From NCBI GenBank assembly GCA_963768855.1, contig CAVYJM010000010.1, positions 96,001 to 160,000 on the forward strand: a DNA stretch of 64,000 bases, in the 5' to 3' direction. Shown here in pieces: positions 39,125-49,475 of the stretch (the first letter of the stretch is position 1; every line of letters starts with the position of its first letter). This DNA is from an uncultured Thermoplasmata archaeon (lineage in GTDB: Archaea; Thermoplasmatota; Thermoplasmata; RBG-16-68-12). Below the pieces are notes generated by a model. It was not told the origin of the DNA, searched no databases, and saw nothing but the letters and a program-made list of their open reading frames with translations. Position numbers and translations under genes: made by a program.

Positions 39125-42100
39125 TCATCCACGGGGCTCCACGAGCTCGAGGATTCCTCGGAGAGGAATGCCCAGCCACGGCGGCCGGGCGTCGAGTTCG
39201 TATCCGATTTCGTAGATGGATTTCTCCAAGAGGAAGACATCCAGGAGCAGTTGGAGGCTGGGACGGCTCTTCGGGAGGAGCCCGGAGGAGGTCGCGCCTT
39301 CGAGGTAGGCACGCAGGAACCGGGATGCGCACCAGGTGTACCACTGCATCGCCCACGGTTCGAGCTTGGCCTGGATGTCGGGCGCGCTGGCTGCCTGGGC
39401 GTCCAAGGCCACGCGGGAAGCGTAGTGGAACGACCGCATCATGCCGGCCACGTCTCGGACTGGAGACCGCTTGATTCGCCGCTCCGTGATGGGTCGCGCG
39501 GGCTCTCCTTCGAAATCGATGATGACAAAGTCCTTGCCCGTGTACAAGACCTGTCCGAGATGATAGTCGCCGTGGCACCGGATGCGGACCGCGTCGATCG
39601 TGTGGTCTCTCAGAGTTCCGAAGCGCTTCCGGACTTCCCCCTCGAGATTGAGGACCTGTGCCGCCGCAGTGCGGGTCGGTTCCGGGATCGAGGGCAGATG
39701 ATGCCGGAGTCGGGTGAAGACTTGGTCCGTCAGTGACACCATGGAGTGAAACATCGCCTTCTGGTAGAACAGGTTGAAAGGTTCCGGGACGAAATCCGGA
39801 TCGTCGCCGGCGTCCGCAAGGGCACGATGCAGGTCCGCGGTCCGCTGCCCGAGGATGGAGGTCTGCTCCAGGTAGGGTCCGATTGCATCCCGAACGGATG
39901 GCGGCGGGCTCGTCTCTGCGAGATCGAGGATGCTCTTTCCGGCGAGGTCCGACGTCTCGGGAATCTTGGTCTCGCTCCGTGCGCGCTCGTAGTAGTGGCC
40001 CAGTACATCCAGGGTGTAGTGCCACGCGTCCCCCTCATTGCGGACGTACTCGAGAAGAATCGCCAGGATTCCAGGCTCCCCCGCTCCCGGCCCGTAGTGG
40101 AGAGCCCCCGCGAGGGCGGGCGCGTGGGCGAAGTGCGTGCGCTCCGTGAGGAACCAGCTCAGCTCCAATTCCGGGTTCGGACCTGGATCGAAGCGCCGCA
40201 ACAGCTTGAGCATGAGGCGATCGCCGAAGAACGCGGATGTGTTGGTCTGCTCTGACTTGAGCGGGGAGGCCTCGAGGCCGTTCGCGTTCTCTCCGAGGGA
40301 GGCGCGGAGGACACGCGTCGTCGATGACGCCACCTCGCCCCGAGACCCCTTCCAGCGGCGGTGGCGGACGACCGAGGCGAGCGTCGCCTTGAGGAAGCGA
40401 GGGTCCCAGAATGCGTCATAGAGGATCCCCGGCCCGGTCTCCGTGGCCAGCCTCGCGATGGCCGCGTCCGGCGTCGCTTTCAGGAAAGGGGGATTTGTGT
40501 CGCCCGGAAGAAAGCCTAGGGGGAGAACGTAGGTCTCGCCCTCCCCTTCCATGTACTCGACCCGGAGGAAGGCCAGGAACGCCTCGTCCTCCAGATCAGG
40601 CACAGGGATCAGGTCCTCGATCTTCAGGGAAAAGATCGCGCGTCCCCTTCCCCCGAACCACCGACGTTCGCGGAGGTACTGGGCCAGAGCGGGCTGCAAG
40701 GTTTCGTATTGATGTCCTTGCAGGGCGTCCTGCCATCGCCCGAACACGACGATTCGGGGAAGTCCCGGCGCAAGCGCGGCGAGGTTCTCCCCGGAACGTT
40801 GTGCGGGCGCCTCCAGAGAAAACCAGTAGAATCCATACGAGCCGAGCGTAAGGATGTACGATGCGCCGCCAATCGCGGGAAATCGCGCACCGCCGGCAAG
40901 CTCGACCGGGACGAATCCCGAGAAGCCCCGCAAGTCGAGCTCGGCGGACTGCGGATGGCGAGACAGGTTTGCGACCACGAGGATCGCCTCGGTCTCGTAG
41001 CGCCGGATGTACGCCAGCACTTTCCGATTCTCGGGGTACAGAAACTCGAGGGTTCCACGTCCGAAGGCCTTGTGGGCCTTGCGACGTTCAATGAGACGCT
41101 GGGTCCACCACAGGAGAGAATTCGGATTCGCCCGCTGCGTCTCCACATTGACGGCCTCGTAGTGGTAGGTCGGGTCAATGATGACCGGGAGGTTGAGCTG
41201 CTGGGGGTTCGCGGTGGAGAAGCCGGCGTTGCGGTCTGCGCTCCACTGCATGGGCGTCCGGACGCCGTTTCGGTCACCCAGGTAGAAGTTGTCCCCCATC
41301 CCGATTTCATCACCGTAGTAAAGGACGGGTGTGCCCGGCAGGGACAGGAGGAGCCCGGTCATGAGTTCGATTCGCCTGCGGTCGTTCTCGAGCAGGGGAG
41401 CGAGCCGCCGGCGGATGCCGAGGTTGACCCTCGCCTGCGGGTCGCGGGCGTACATCCGGTAGATGTAGTCCCTCTCCTCGTCCGTGACCATCTCCAAGGT
41501 CAGCTCGTCATGATTCCTGAGGAACAGCGCCCATTGGGCCGCCGGGGGGATGGGCGGGGTCTGGTTGAGAATCTCGACGACGGGAAACCGGTCCTCCATC
41601 CGGAGGGCCATGAAGAGTCGAGGCATGAGCGGGAAGTGAAATGCCATGTGGCACTCGTCCCCCTTCCCGAAGTACTCGGCCGCATCTTCCGGCCACTGAT
41701 TCGCCTCCGCGAGCAGCATTCGGTTTCGGTACTTCGCATCCACATGCGCCCGCAACTCCTTCAAGAAGGAATGGGTCTCGGGCAGATTCTCGCAGCTCGT
41801 TCCCTCGCGCTCGTAAAGGTAGGGGACCGCGTCAAGTCGCAAGCCGTCGACTCCGAGGCCAAGCCAGAAGTCCACAACGTCCTGGATTGCCTTCCGGACT
41901 CTAGGGTTCTGGAAATTCAGATCGGGCTGGTGGGAGTAGAACCGGTGCCAGAAGTAGGTCTTCGCAACCGGGTCCCAGGCCCAGTTCGAGTTCTCGAAGT
42001 CTTTGAAGATGATCCGGGCGTCCTTGTAGCCGTCCGGGGTGTTGGCCCACACATAGAAGTCCCGCGAGGAGCTGCCAGGCCTGGCTCGACGGGCCCTCTG

Positions 42101-42466
42101 GAACCACGGGTGTTGGTCCGAGGTGTGGTTCAGGACGAGCTCGATGATGACTCGGAGACCGCGACGGTGAGCCTCGCGCAGGAAGACCTTGAAGTCCCTC
42201 AACGTTCCGTAGAGGCGATGAACATCCATGTAATCCGAGATGTCGTACCCGTCGTCGCGGAGGGGAGACGGAAAGAAAGGGAGAATCCAGAGAGCCGTGA
42301 CTCCGAGCTCTTGAATGTAGCCGAGCCTCTGGGTGAGTCCGCCGAAGTCCCCAACGCCGTCCCCGGAGCTGTCGAGGAAGGCACGGACGGGAACCTCGTA
42401 GATGACCGCGTCCTTGTACCATAGGGGATCGTCCTCGAGTTGGGGTCCGCCCGTCCGTTCCGTCAT
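39125..42466 (-). CDS. treS: Trehalose synthase (maltose alpha-D-glucosyltransferase) fused to maltokinase (TreS-Mak/Pep2)
   Basis: GH13 [33 protein letters not shown]; kinase part [23 protein letters not shown]. Confidence 0.95.
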   Translation of the reverse strand: MTERTGGPQLEDDPLWYKDAVIYEVPVRAFLDSSGDGVGDFGGLTQRLGYIQELGVTALWILPFFPSPLRDDGYDISDYMDVHRLYGTLRDFKVFLREAHRRGLRVIIELVLNHTSDQHPWFQRARRARPGSSSRDFYVWANTPDGYKDARIIFKDFENSNWAWDPVAKTYFWHRFYSHQPDLNFQNPRVRKAIQDVVDFWLGLGVDGLRLDAVPYLYEREGTSCENLPETHSFLKELRAHVDAKYRNRMLLAEANQWPEDAAEYFGKGDECHMAFHFPLMPRLFMALRMEDRFPVVEILNQTPPIPPAAQWALFLRNHDELTLEMVTDEERDYIYRMYARDPQARVNLGIRRRLAPLLENDRRRIELMTGLLLSLPGTPVLYYGDEIGMGDNFYLGDRNGVRTPMQWSADRNAGFSTANPQQLNLPVIIDPTYHYEAVNVETQRANPNSLLWWTQRLIERRKAHKAFGRGTLEFLYPENRKVLAYIRRYETEAILVVANLSRHPQSAELDLRGFSGFVPVELAGGARFPAIGGASYILTLGSYGFYWFSLEAPAQRSGENLAALAPGLPRIVVFGRWQDALQGHQYETLQPALAQYLRERRWFGGRGRAIFSLKIEDLIPVPDLEDEAFLAFLRVEYMEGEGETYVLPLGFLPGDTNPPFLKATPDAAIARLATETGPGILYDAFWDPRFLKATLASVVRHRRWKGSRGEVASSTTRVLRASLGENANGLEASPLKSEQTNTSAFFGDRLMLKLLRRFDPGPNPELELSWFLTERTHFAHAPALAGALHYGPGAGEPGILAILLEYVRNEGDAWHYTLDVLGHYYERARSETKIPETSDLAGKSILDLAETSPPPSVRDAIGPYLEQTSILGQRTADLHRALADAGDDPDFVPEPFNLFYQKAMFHSMVSLTDQVFTRLRHHLPSIPEPTRTAAAQVLNLEGEVRKRFGTLRDHTIDAVRIRCHGDYHLGQVLYTGKDFVIIDFEGEPARPITERRIKRSPVRDVAGMMRSFHYASRVALDAQAASAPDIQAKLEPWAMQWYTWCASRFLRAYLEGATSSGLLPKSRPSLQLLLDVFLLEKSIYEIGYELDARPPWLGIPLRGILELVEPRG

Positions 42467-42472
42467 GCTTAC

Positions 42473-42650
42473 CCGTCATCCCCCCCGCGGGCGAAATGGG
42501 CTCCAGGCGGAAGAGGTAGGCGGACATTTCCCTTCGCCGCAACTCCACGGGGTCTCCCGGTCCCTCCCCGTCGTAAGTGACCTCGGTAGGGAGATCATGT
42601 ACCCGGAACCGTTGACCGGCCGGGAGGTCGAGGATGCGGCGCACCTCGGC
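42473..42650 (-). pseudogene. Probable eroded 3' remnant of glgE (maltosyltransferase C-terminal beta domain)
   Basis: LDLPAGQRFRVHDLPTEVTYDGEGPGDPVELRRREMSAYLFRLE resembles the GlgE C-terminus as recalled (LGL...F.VHDLL....Y.W.G..N.V.L.P...PAHLF); sits in the canonical position just upstream of treS. Confidence 0.55.
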
Positions 42651-42981
42651 GGAATCCCCCGCGCTCTCCAAGACCGTGGCCCACCTCCACGGGCGTCCTC
42701 CTCGATTTGGGGCACTGCGCCGCCGAGTGCGACGAGCCACTGAGACCCCGGAGGTCCGTGCTTTCGTGCGCGAGTCGGCCCTCGCGACTTCATGCAACGG
42801 TACCAGTGCTTCCAAGTTCATTATCCTTTAGCGGTGCACAACCACCCATGTAGTCTTGGATTCGGACCCCGGTCCAACACGTTCTTATCCCTCTCGACCG
42901 TTTGTACATGGCCTTCTGGTCCCTGTGGGGTTCGCCTGCGGCGAAGCGGGGCCCGAAGGTCGGGTTCGATGAGGGAGAGGT

Positions 42982-45405
42982 GTGACCGAATCGTGGGACG
43001 TGCGCATGCTGACGGCCTCCTACCGCCGCGACGGTCCGAAGGAGGAGCCCGTCATCGAGATCTTCGGACGCACGAAGGACGACCGTTCCATCACGATTGA
43101 ATACTGGGGCTTCTCCCCCTACTTCTACTGCATCGAACCGACCCAGGCCCTCCTGTCCGCCATGCAGCGCGACCCGGAGATCGTGCGGATCGAGGACGTG
43201 GAGCTCGAGATCGCGGGGCGCAAGCGCGCGTGCGGCAAGATACTCATGCACCACCCCTGGAAGACCCCGGAGTACCGCGAGCGGTGCCGCAAGTTCGGCA
43301 GCGAGGTGATGGCGGCGGACATCCCCTTCGCGCACCGCTTCATCTTCGACATGGATCTTCCCTCTTGCTTCCGCGTCCATGGCACGCCAGCCAAGGGACG
43401 ATACACGACCGACCTGATTGTGAAGGCGGAGCGGTTCGAACCGATCGAGCCCTTCAGCCCGAGATTGAAGATACTCTCCTTCGACATCGAGAACACGATT
43501 CAGAACCCGAAGCTCCTGTGCCTCGGGATGGCGTGGCGGGAGGTGGGCGAGCTCAAGACGGAGTGCCTGAGCGGCTCCGAACGAGACATCGTGAAGGGGT
43601 TCCTCGAGTTCGTCGAGAAGTTCGATCCGGACGTGATCACGGGCTACAACATCGACGGATACGACCTGCCCGTCCTCGAGGGCCGCGCGCGGATGAACGG
43701 CCTCTCCGGACTTACCCTGTCCCGGGATGGGATGCGGATCAGCAACGTCGGGGAGCGGTTCTGGCGCGCCCATGGTCGCATCATCGCAGACGCTTGGTGG
43801 TCCACGAAGGTCGAGCTCCATCCGAAGCAGGAGACGCTCGATGCCGTGGCGAAGTGGCTCCTGGGCGAGGGCAAGCACGATGTGGACCGTCGGAACATGG
43901 ACCAGGAGTGGGAGAAGGACAGAGTCCGCGTCATGGAGTACTGCAAGAAGGACGCGGAGCTCGCCCTGCGGATCCTGGAGAAGGTCGCGAAGCTGGACAA
44001 GTCGATGGACATCGCGGTCGTCTCGAAGCTGCCCGTGGACGACGTCTTCAATGGGCGGACCTCCCAGCTCATCGACTCGATCCTGATTCGGGCCGCCGAC
44101 AAGGGCCATTTCGGCGTCCCGATGACCCGCACCGGCTCCGGGGAGGCGCCCATCGAGGGAGGCTACGTGCACAGCCTCGATCCCGGGCTGTACGAATGGG
44201 TCGGGGTCCTCGACTTCACCTCGATGTACCCGTCCATCATCATCGAGAACAACATCTGCTTCACGACCCTGAACGAGACGGGCACGGTCATCAGTCCGAC
44301 GGGCGTGCGGTTCCTGGACAAGTCCGTGCGGGTCGGCCTGCTCCCCACGATTTTGGGGAACTTGATGCGGGAGCGCAAGGACGTCAAGGCGAAGCTCAAA
44401 ACGGAGAAGGACCCGGAGAAGCGCGCCTACTACGACCGCCTGCAGTTCGCGATCAAGATCCTGATGAACGCGTTCTACGGCGTCCTGGCGTCGTCGTTCT
44501 ACCGATTCACGAATCCGCAGATCGGCGCGAGCATCACGGCGTTCGCGAGGGAGAACATCAAGTCGATCATCACCCAGCTCGAGTCCGAGGGGATCCGCAT
44601 CCTGTATGCGGACACGGACAGCGTCTTCTTCGAGTCGCCCCAGAAAGACCTCGAGGAGACGAAGAAGATCGGCCGTCAGATTTCGGAGCGCTTCAGCCAC
44701 GGGAGCGTGAACATGGACTTCGAGCGGGTGCTCGAGACCTTCTTCAGCCACGGCAAGAAGAAGCGGTACGCCGCGAAGGTCGCCTGGCCCGTCGCCGGGG
44801 AGTTCATCGTGCGGGGCTACGAGATCCGAAGGACGGACGCGTTCAACCTGCAGGGCGAGGCCCAGAAGCGCGTGTTCGCCCTGATTCTGGACAAGGACAT
44901 TGACGGTGCGATCCGATTCGCGAAGGAGCTCGTGCAGAGCGTGAGGCAGGGCGTGATCCCGGACGACTTCCTGCCCGACGAAGGCGATCCGCTCGAGCCC
45001 CTGGTCATCTCCCGCACCGTGCGCGAGGAGAGCCGCTATGCGAACCCGGACTCCATGGCGAACGTCCAGGCGATGAACAAGCTCAAGGCCGTGGGGGAGG
45101 ACATCATGCCCGGGATGAAGGTCTCCTGGATCGTTGTCGACGCGAAGAAGACCCCCATGCAGGTCGAGCCCTATGTGTCCGGCCGGCCCTTCGCCGCGAA
45201 GCCCGATTGGGAGTACTACGCGAAGCGGGTGGCCCAGACCCTCTCGTACGTGACGGAGACCTACGGCTGGGACGAGAAGGAGCTCTACCAGGGGGCCCAG
45301 CAGCCGAAGCAGTTCACGCTCCTGGATGACGGCTTCGCGGACAAGCCGAAGAAGGCCGCGCCGGCGAAGACGGACAAGAAGCTCACCCTGGAGGACTTCT
45401 TCTGA
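42982..45405 (+). CDS. polB: Family B DNA polymerase
   Basis: Exo FDIE, GYNIDGYD, YCKKD; pol DFTSMYPSII, KILMNAFYG, YADTDS, KKRY; C-terminal PIP-like LTLEDFF. Confidence 0.96.
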   Translation: MTESWDVRMLTASYRRDGPKEEPVIEIFGRTKDDRSITIEYWGFSPYFYCIEPTQALLSAMQRDPEIVRIEDVELEIAGRKRACGKILMHHPWKTPEYRERCRKFGSEVMAADIPFAHRFIFDMDLPSCFRVHGTPAKGRYTTDLIVKAERFEPIEPFSPRLKILSFDIENTIQNPKLLCLGMAWREVGELKTECLSGSERDIVKGFLEFVEKFDPDVITGYNIDGYDLPVLEGRARMNGLSGLTLSRDGMRISNVGERFWRAHGRIIADAWWSTKVELHPKQETLDAVAKWLLGEGKHDVDRRNMDQEWEKDRVRVMEYCKKDAELALRILEKVAKLDKSMDIAVVSKLPVDDVFNGRTSQLIDSILIRAADKGHFGVPMTRTGSGEAPIEGGYVHSLDPGLYEWVGVLDFTSMYPSIIIENNICFTTLNETGTVISPTGVRFLDKSVRVGLLPTILGNLMRERKDVKAKLKTEKDPEKRAYYDRLQFAIKILMNAFYGVLASSFYRFTNPQIGASITAFARENIKSIITQLESEGIRILYADTDSVFFESPQKDLEETKKIGRQISERFSHGSVNMDFERVLETFFSHGKKKRYAAKVAWPVAGEFIVRGYEIRRTDAFNLQGEAQKRVFALILDKDIDGAIRFAKELVQSVRQGVIPDDFLPDEGDPLEPLVISRTVREESRYANPDSMANVQAMNKLKAVGEDIMPGMKVSWIVVDAKKTPMQVEPYVSGRPFAAKPDWEYYAKRVAQTLSYVTETYGWDEKELYQGAQQPKQFTLLDDGFADKPKKAAPAKTDKKLTLEDFF

Positions 45406-45563
45406 CCTCGTGGGAGGACGCGGTCTGCCGGTTCTGCGGGTGGGAGGGTTCCGGACCCACGCGCGACGCACACGGCTCCCTGTTCTGTCCGAAGTGCGGC
45501 AAGCCCGCGGAGTACAAGCTCGTCGTCGAGGAGCTCAAGCGCCAGGGGCTCTGGAAGGCGTAG
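45402..45563 (+). CDS. Zinc-finger microprotein (53 aa), putative CTG start; absent from ORF track
   Basis: (M)TSWEDAVCRFCGWEGSGPTRDAHGSLFCPKCGKPAEYKLVVEELKRQGLWKA*; GGAGG 7 nt upstream of a CTG that overlaps the polB TGA; fills the gap to pfkB. Confidence 0.65.
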   Translation: MTSWEDAVCRFCGWEGSGPTRDAHGSLFCPKCGKPAEYKLVVEELKRQGLWKA

Positions 45564-45565
45564 GC

Positions 45566-46513
45566 ATGCCCCGCAAGGTCCCGCGGATCCTCGCCGTGGG
45601 CGACGCAATCGTGGACATCGTCTCGCCGCCGCTGCAGGGACTGCCTCCCGGGGACGTGCAAGGCGAGGTGTCCGCGTTCGCGTTCCTCCCCGGGGGGAAC
45701 GCCACGAACTTCGCGCTTCAGGCCGCCGCGCTCGGGATGCGCACGAGCCTCGTTGCCTCCGTCGGGAAGGACTCCTTCGCCGACCTCCTCCGGCGCGCCT
45801 ACAAAGACCATGGCGTGGACGCCCGCCTGCGGGTCGATCCCCGCCGGCCCACGGGGACCACGGTCGCCCTCACGTGGCACGACGGGCGGCGTGCTCTGCT
45901 CACCGCCCTGGGAGCGAACGCCTCGCTCAAGGAGGCGGACGTCCCGGCGAGCCTCATGACGTCGGCGACCCACGTCCACCGCGCGGGCTTCTGGTGGGCC
46001 ACGGGCCTGATCGGCGCGCCCACCGCGCGGCTCCTGCGACGCGCGCATCGTGCAGGCGCGAGCACGTCGATGGACATCTCGACGGACCCGCAGGGATGGC
46101 CGCGGGCGCGGGTCGAGGCGGTGCGGTCCTGCCTCGCCCACGTGGACACGTTCTTCGCGAACGAGGTCGAGGTGTGCGCGGTCGCCGGCGTCCGCGATCC
46201 GATGCGCGCGGCGGAGCGGATCCTCGAGCATGGCGTCGCCGAGGTCGTCCTCCATCAAGGGGGCCGAGGAGCCACTTGGTTCCGCGAGGGCCAGCGCGCC
46301 ACGCTTCCCGCGTTCCCCGTGCCGGTCGACAATCCGACCGGCTGCGGGGACGTGTTCAACGCCGGGTATCTCTTCGCGAAGCTCTCCGGCGGGACGACGG
46401 AGGAGGCCCTGGGAATGGGCAATGCCCTCTCGGCCCTCCATCTTCAGGACCGCGGGAACCCCTATCCCGACCTGCGCCGCCTCCGCCAGTTCGTGCGCAC
46501 CGCCTCCGCGTGA
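45566..46513 (+). CDS. PfkB family carbohydrate/nucleoside kinase
   Basis: PGGNATN, VGKDSF, FANEVE, DNPTGCGDVFNAG. Confidence 0.9.
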   Translation: MPRKVPRILAVGDAIVDIVSPPLQGLPPGDVQGEVSAFAFLPGGNATNFALQAAALGMRTSLVASVGKDSFADLLRRAYKDHGVDARLRVDPRRPTGTTVALTWHDGRRALLTALGANASLKEADVPASLMTSATHVHRAGFWWATGLIGAPTARLLRRAHRAGASTSMDISTDPQGWPRARVEAVRSCLAHVDTFFANEVEVCAVAGVRDPMRAAERILEHGVAEVVLHQGGRGATWFREGQRATLPAFPVPVDNPTGCGDVFNAGYLFAKLSGGTTEEALGMGNALSALHLQDRGNPYPDLRRLRQFVRTASA

Positions 46514-46599
46514 TTCGGCGGCGTCGAGGCAGATTTCCACTTTCACCCTACTCCCCCTCGGACCCGCGTTCATAGGGAGGGAGCGCCTCGTCCGGCTCC

Positions 46600-47391
46600 G
46601 TGGCCCTCGCTTCGAAAACGGTCCAAGAGGAAGCCCTGGTTTCCCGGGAGGCGTGGGCCATGCTCGGCTGCTCGGACCTCGAGCCGTACACCGCTTGGGA
46701 CTTCCCGGACCAGGGGTCCGGTAGGACGCGCTACGGGGATCCGACCTTCAACGGCGTGACGCCGGCGCTGTGCGCCTTGAACCTCGTGCGCCGGTACACG
46801 CGGCCGGGCGACCTCGTCGTTGACCCCATGGCCGGCTCCGGGACCATCGCGGACGTGGCCCGTTCCCTCGGACGTAGGGCTGTCTCGCTGGACATCGCGC
46901 CGCGCCGCACGGACATCCTCCGTGCGGACGCTCGGTGCTGGCCTCTGCCGAACGGGATCGCGACCCTCGCGGTCATCGACTCCCCGTACTCCGACAACAT
47001 CGCGTACAGCGACGATCCGCGATGCCTCGGGCGGATCTCTTGCCGGGAGGGGCGATTCTACCGCGAGATGGCCCGTGTGGCCGACGAAGCGCGCCGCGTC
47101 TTGCGGCCGGGTGGGATCCTTGCATGGATCATCAGCGATGAGTACAAGGGCGGGGCGTACACCCCGGTCGGCTTCCGGCTGCAAACCGTCCTCGCGTCGC
47201 GCTTCGAGTTCCTCGATACGGTGGTCCTGCTGCGCCACAATGACCGTTCCGGGTCGCCGATGTGGGAGCACCGCGCACGCCGCTACAACTTCCTCCTTCG
47301 CGGGTTCAAGTTCCTCTTCCTCATGCGACGGCCCGCCGGGCCGCGAGGAGGGGTTGTCTATGGAAGACGCACTGGTGCGGACGAGCGATGA
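46600..47391 (+). CDS. N4/N6 DNA methyltransferase-like protein (orphan)
   Basis: TAWDF...FNGVTP...YTRPGDLVVDPMAGSGT (SAM motif) followed by IDSPY (DPPY-like) and RVLRPGG. Confidence 0.8.
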   Translation: MALASKTVQEEALVSREAWAMLGCSDLEPYTAWDFPDQGSGRTRYGDPTFNGVTPALCALNLVRRYTRPGDLVVDPMAGSGTIADVARSLGRRAVSLDIAPRRTDILRADARCWPLPNGIATLAVIDSPYSDNIAYSDDPRCLGRISCREGRFYREMARVADEARRVLRPGGILAWIISDEYKGGAYTPVGFRLQTVLASRFEFLDTVVLLRHNDRSGSPMWEHRARRYNFLLRGFKFLFLMRRPAGPRGGVVYGRRTGADER

Positions 47392-47779
47392 ATCGCGCGA
47401 GATTGTGGGTCAGTTTCGGAAGCGGATCCAGGCCCTGGGCCATGCCCACGGGGACAAGATCCACGAAAAGGTGAGCAACTACTGGATCGGCTGGCGCAGC
47501 ACGCGCCACGGCCGGACGTTCGCCGAGATGCGCCCGCTCCAGGAGCGCGTCCAAGTCTTCATCCTCCCGAGGAAACGCGACCTGAAGGATCCGTCACGGC
47601 TCGCGAGGCCCGCGCCACCGACCCAGGGCTGGGGCTGGTTCCTCACGCGGTTCGATGTGCGGACCCTCGACGAGGTCGAGCCCGCCTTCCAGCTTATCCG
47701 CCAGTCATACGAACGTGGGCTGAACGGGCACGGCGCGGCGGGGACGCGGGGGCGCATCCGCGGCAAGCAAACCGTTTAA
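47360..47779 (+). CDS. DUF5655-like protein
   Basis: RIQALG...NYWIGW...FAEMRP...LKDPSRLAR...GWG...DEVEPAFQLIRQSYE pattern. Confidence 0.6.
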   Translation: MEDALVRTSDESREIVGQFRKRIQALGHAHGDKIHEKVSNYWIGWRSTRHGRTFAEMRPLQERVQVFILPRKRDLKDPSRLARPAPPTQGWGWFLTRFDVRTLDEVEPAFQLIRQSYERGLNGHGAAGTRGRIRGKQTV

Positions 47780-47868
47780 TACGCCCCCCTCCTTGGTCCG
47801 CCGCTTTCAGCGACCCTGGTCGGGAGATGTACCTTCGGGCGAATCCACAAATCCAGGGGGTTTGACCC

Positions 47869-48531
47869 ATGGCCGAGGAACCGAAAGCTCCGACACCGGA
47901 GCTCAGCATCGCGGGCGAGGAGGACCAGAAGAAGCCCGTCCGCCCGCGCAACTTGTACGGATATGTGAAAGAGGCCTGGAAGAAGCCCAAGGTGGGCGTC
48001 GTCGAGGAGACGCACTTCCAGCGCATGGTCGAGTGGCGGCGCGGGGCGGCCTTCGTGCGCCTCGAGCATCCGACGCGGATCGACCGGGCCCGCGAGCTCG
48101 GGTTCCGAGCGAAGCAGGGCTACATCATCGTCCGCGCGCGTGTGCGACGGGGTGGCCGCCGGCGTCCGCGGCCCATGGGCGGGCGGCACCCGAAGCGCCG
48201 AGGCCTGCGCAAGATCACGATGGGGAAGTCCATCCAGCGCATCGCGGAGGAGCGCGCCGCGAGCCACTACCCCAACATGGAGGTCCTCAACTCGTACTGG
48301 GTCGGCGAGGACGGGATGCACAAGTACTACGAGGTGATCCTCGTGGACCCGCAGCACCCGTCGATCCGCAACGACCCGAAGATCAACTGGATCTGCAGCC
48401 CCGCGAACCGAGGCCGCGTCTACCGCGGCCTGACGTCGGCGGGAAAGAAGGGCCGGAGCCTGATGTACAAGGGCAAGGGCGCGGAACGGTCCCGCCCAAG
48501 CGTCCTCTCGCACGAGCGCAAGGGGAAGTAA
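47869..48531 (+). CDS. rpl15e: 50S ribosomal protein L15e
   Basis: [49 protein letters not shown]. Confidence 0.97.
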   Translation: MAEEPKAPTPELSIAGEEDQKKPVRPRNLYGYVKEAWKKPKVGVVEETHFQRMVEWRRGAAFVRLEHPTRIDRARELGFRAKQGYIIVRARVRRGGRRRPRPMGGRHPKRRGLRKITMGKSIQRIAEERAASHYPNMEVLNSYWVGEDGMHKYYEVILVDPQHPSIRNDPKINWICSPANRGRVYRGLTSAGKKGRSLMYKGKGAERSRPSVLSHERKGK

Positions 48532-48537
48532 GCGGCC

Positions 48538-49401
48538 TCATGCGGCCCGGATTCGCGCCGCGAGCGCCGCGACGTCCCGATCCTCGAGACCGACGACCGG
48601 TTCGAAGACCGGGACGGAGACCGGGGGCCGCCGGGTCGGGTCGAAGTCCCGGCCCCGCGTTCCGAGGAAGACCGCCCCGGCGCGCGCGACCCGGATGAGT
48701 TCCTCCAAGCCGTCGGACCCGGGAGCATCGAGCACCTTGAGGCCGGGCTCCCATGGACGGAGGGCGTCGGCATCCCGGGAATCCGGAGGGGCGGCGACCA
48801 CGACGCGGCAGCCCCGTTTCATCGCCATCCAAGCCGCAACCATGCCCGGTTCGCCGTCGACCACCGCGAGGGCGCGCCCCTGGCTCCCGAGAGGGAGGCC
48901 TCCGGGGCCCTCCCAGAACTCCTGGAAGACGAAGCCTCGGTTCTCCCGCACCTCGACGTGGATTTCCACCGCGGGCGCGCCCAGGTTCACCTTGGCCCCC
49001 GGGAAGGCATCCAGGATCGCGCCGCCGATCTCCTTTCCCAGGTCCTGGCTCGTGAACGGATGGGACCCGACGCGCCGCGGGCGCACGGCGAACGTGACGC
49101 CGGGTCCAAGGCCCGCCCGCTTCGCCTCCTCGACCGCGAGACGCTTGAGGGTCTCGAGGTCCCCATGGCCCTCCGTCGCGGGGCTGATGGACACGATGCC
49201 GAAGACGCGCCCGAGGATCGATCGGGCCCGTGCCGGATCGTCCACTCCGACGTAGATGCGGGCCTCATCCGCTTCCGTGACGCACTCGACGCCCTCCGCG
49301 GCAAAGAGGTCCTGAATATTCGCGACGAGCCGGTCGCGGAGCTGCCGCCGCACGTAGCGGCTCTTCAGGGCGATCTCTCCGAAGCGCACGAGGAGGACCA
49401 T
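48538..49401 (-). CDS. ThiI-like THUMP-domain protein with degenerate PP-loop
   Basis: VRFGEIALKS, VFGIVS, TFAVRPRR, FTSQDL, GPGGLPLGSQGR; SGGxDS replaced by VDGEPG; truncated C-terminus. Confidence 0.8.
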   Translation of the reverse strand: MVLLVRFGEIALKSRYVRRQLRDRLVANIQDLFAAEGVECVTEADEARIYVGVDDPARARSILGRVFGIVSISPATEGHGDLETLKRLAVEEAKRAGLGPGVTFAVRPRRVGSHPFTSQDLGKEIGGAILDAFPGAKVNLGAPAVEIHVEVRENRGFVFQEFWEGPGGLPLGSQGRALAVVDGEPGMVAAWMAMKRGCRVVVAAPPDSRDADALRPWEPGLKVLDAPGSDGLEELIRVARAGAVFLGTRGRDFDPTRRPPVSVPVFEPVVGLEDRDVAALAARIRAA

Positions 49402-49475
49402 GGCCAACCGGGGCTCGCGCGTCCCTAACGCACGGGACGCATTCTATTTATCTGCGCCCCGCCTCGCCCGGGTTC

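Noticed and set aside
45380-45563. Possible -1 frameshift fusing the zinc finger onto PolB to give a eukaryote-like Cys4 tail
   Set aside because: No canonical X XXY YYZ slippery site; PolB ends in a normal PIP-like motif; the SD plus CTG arrangement better supports a separate gene
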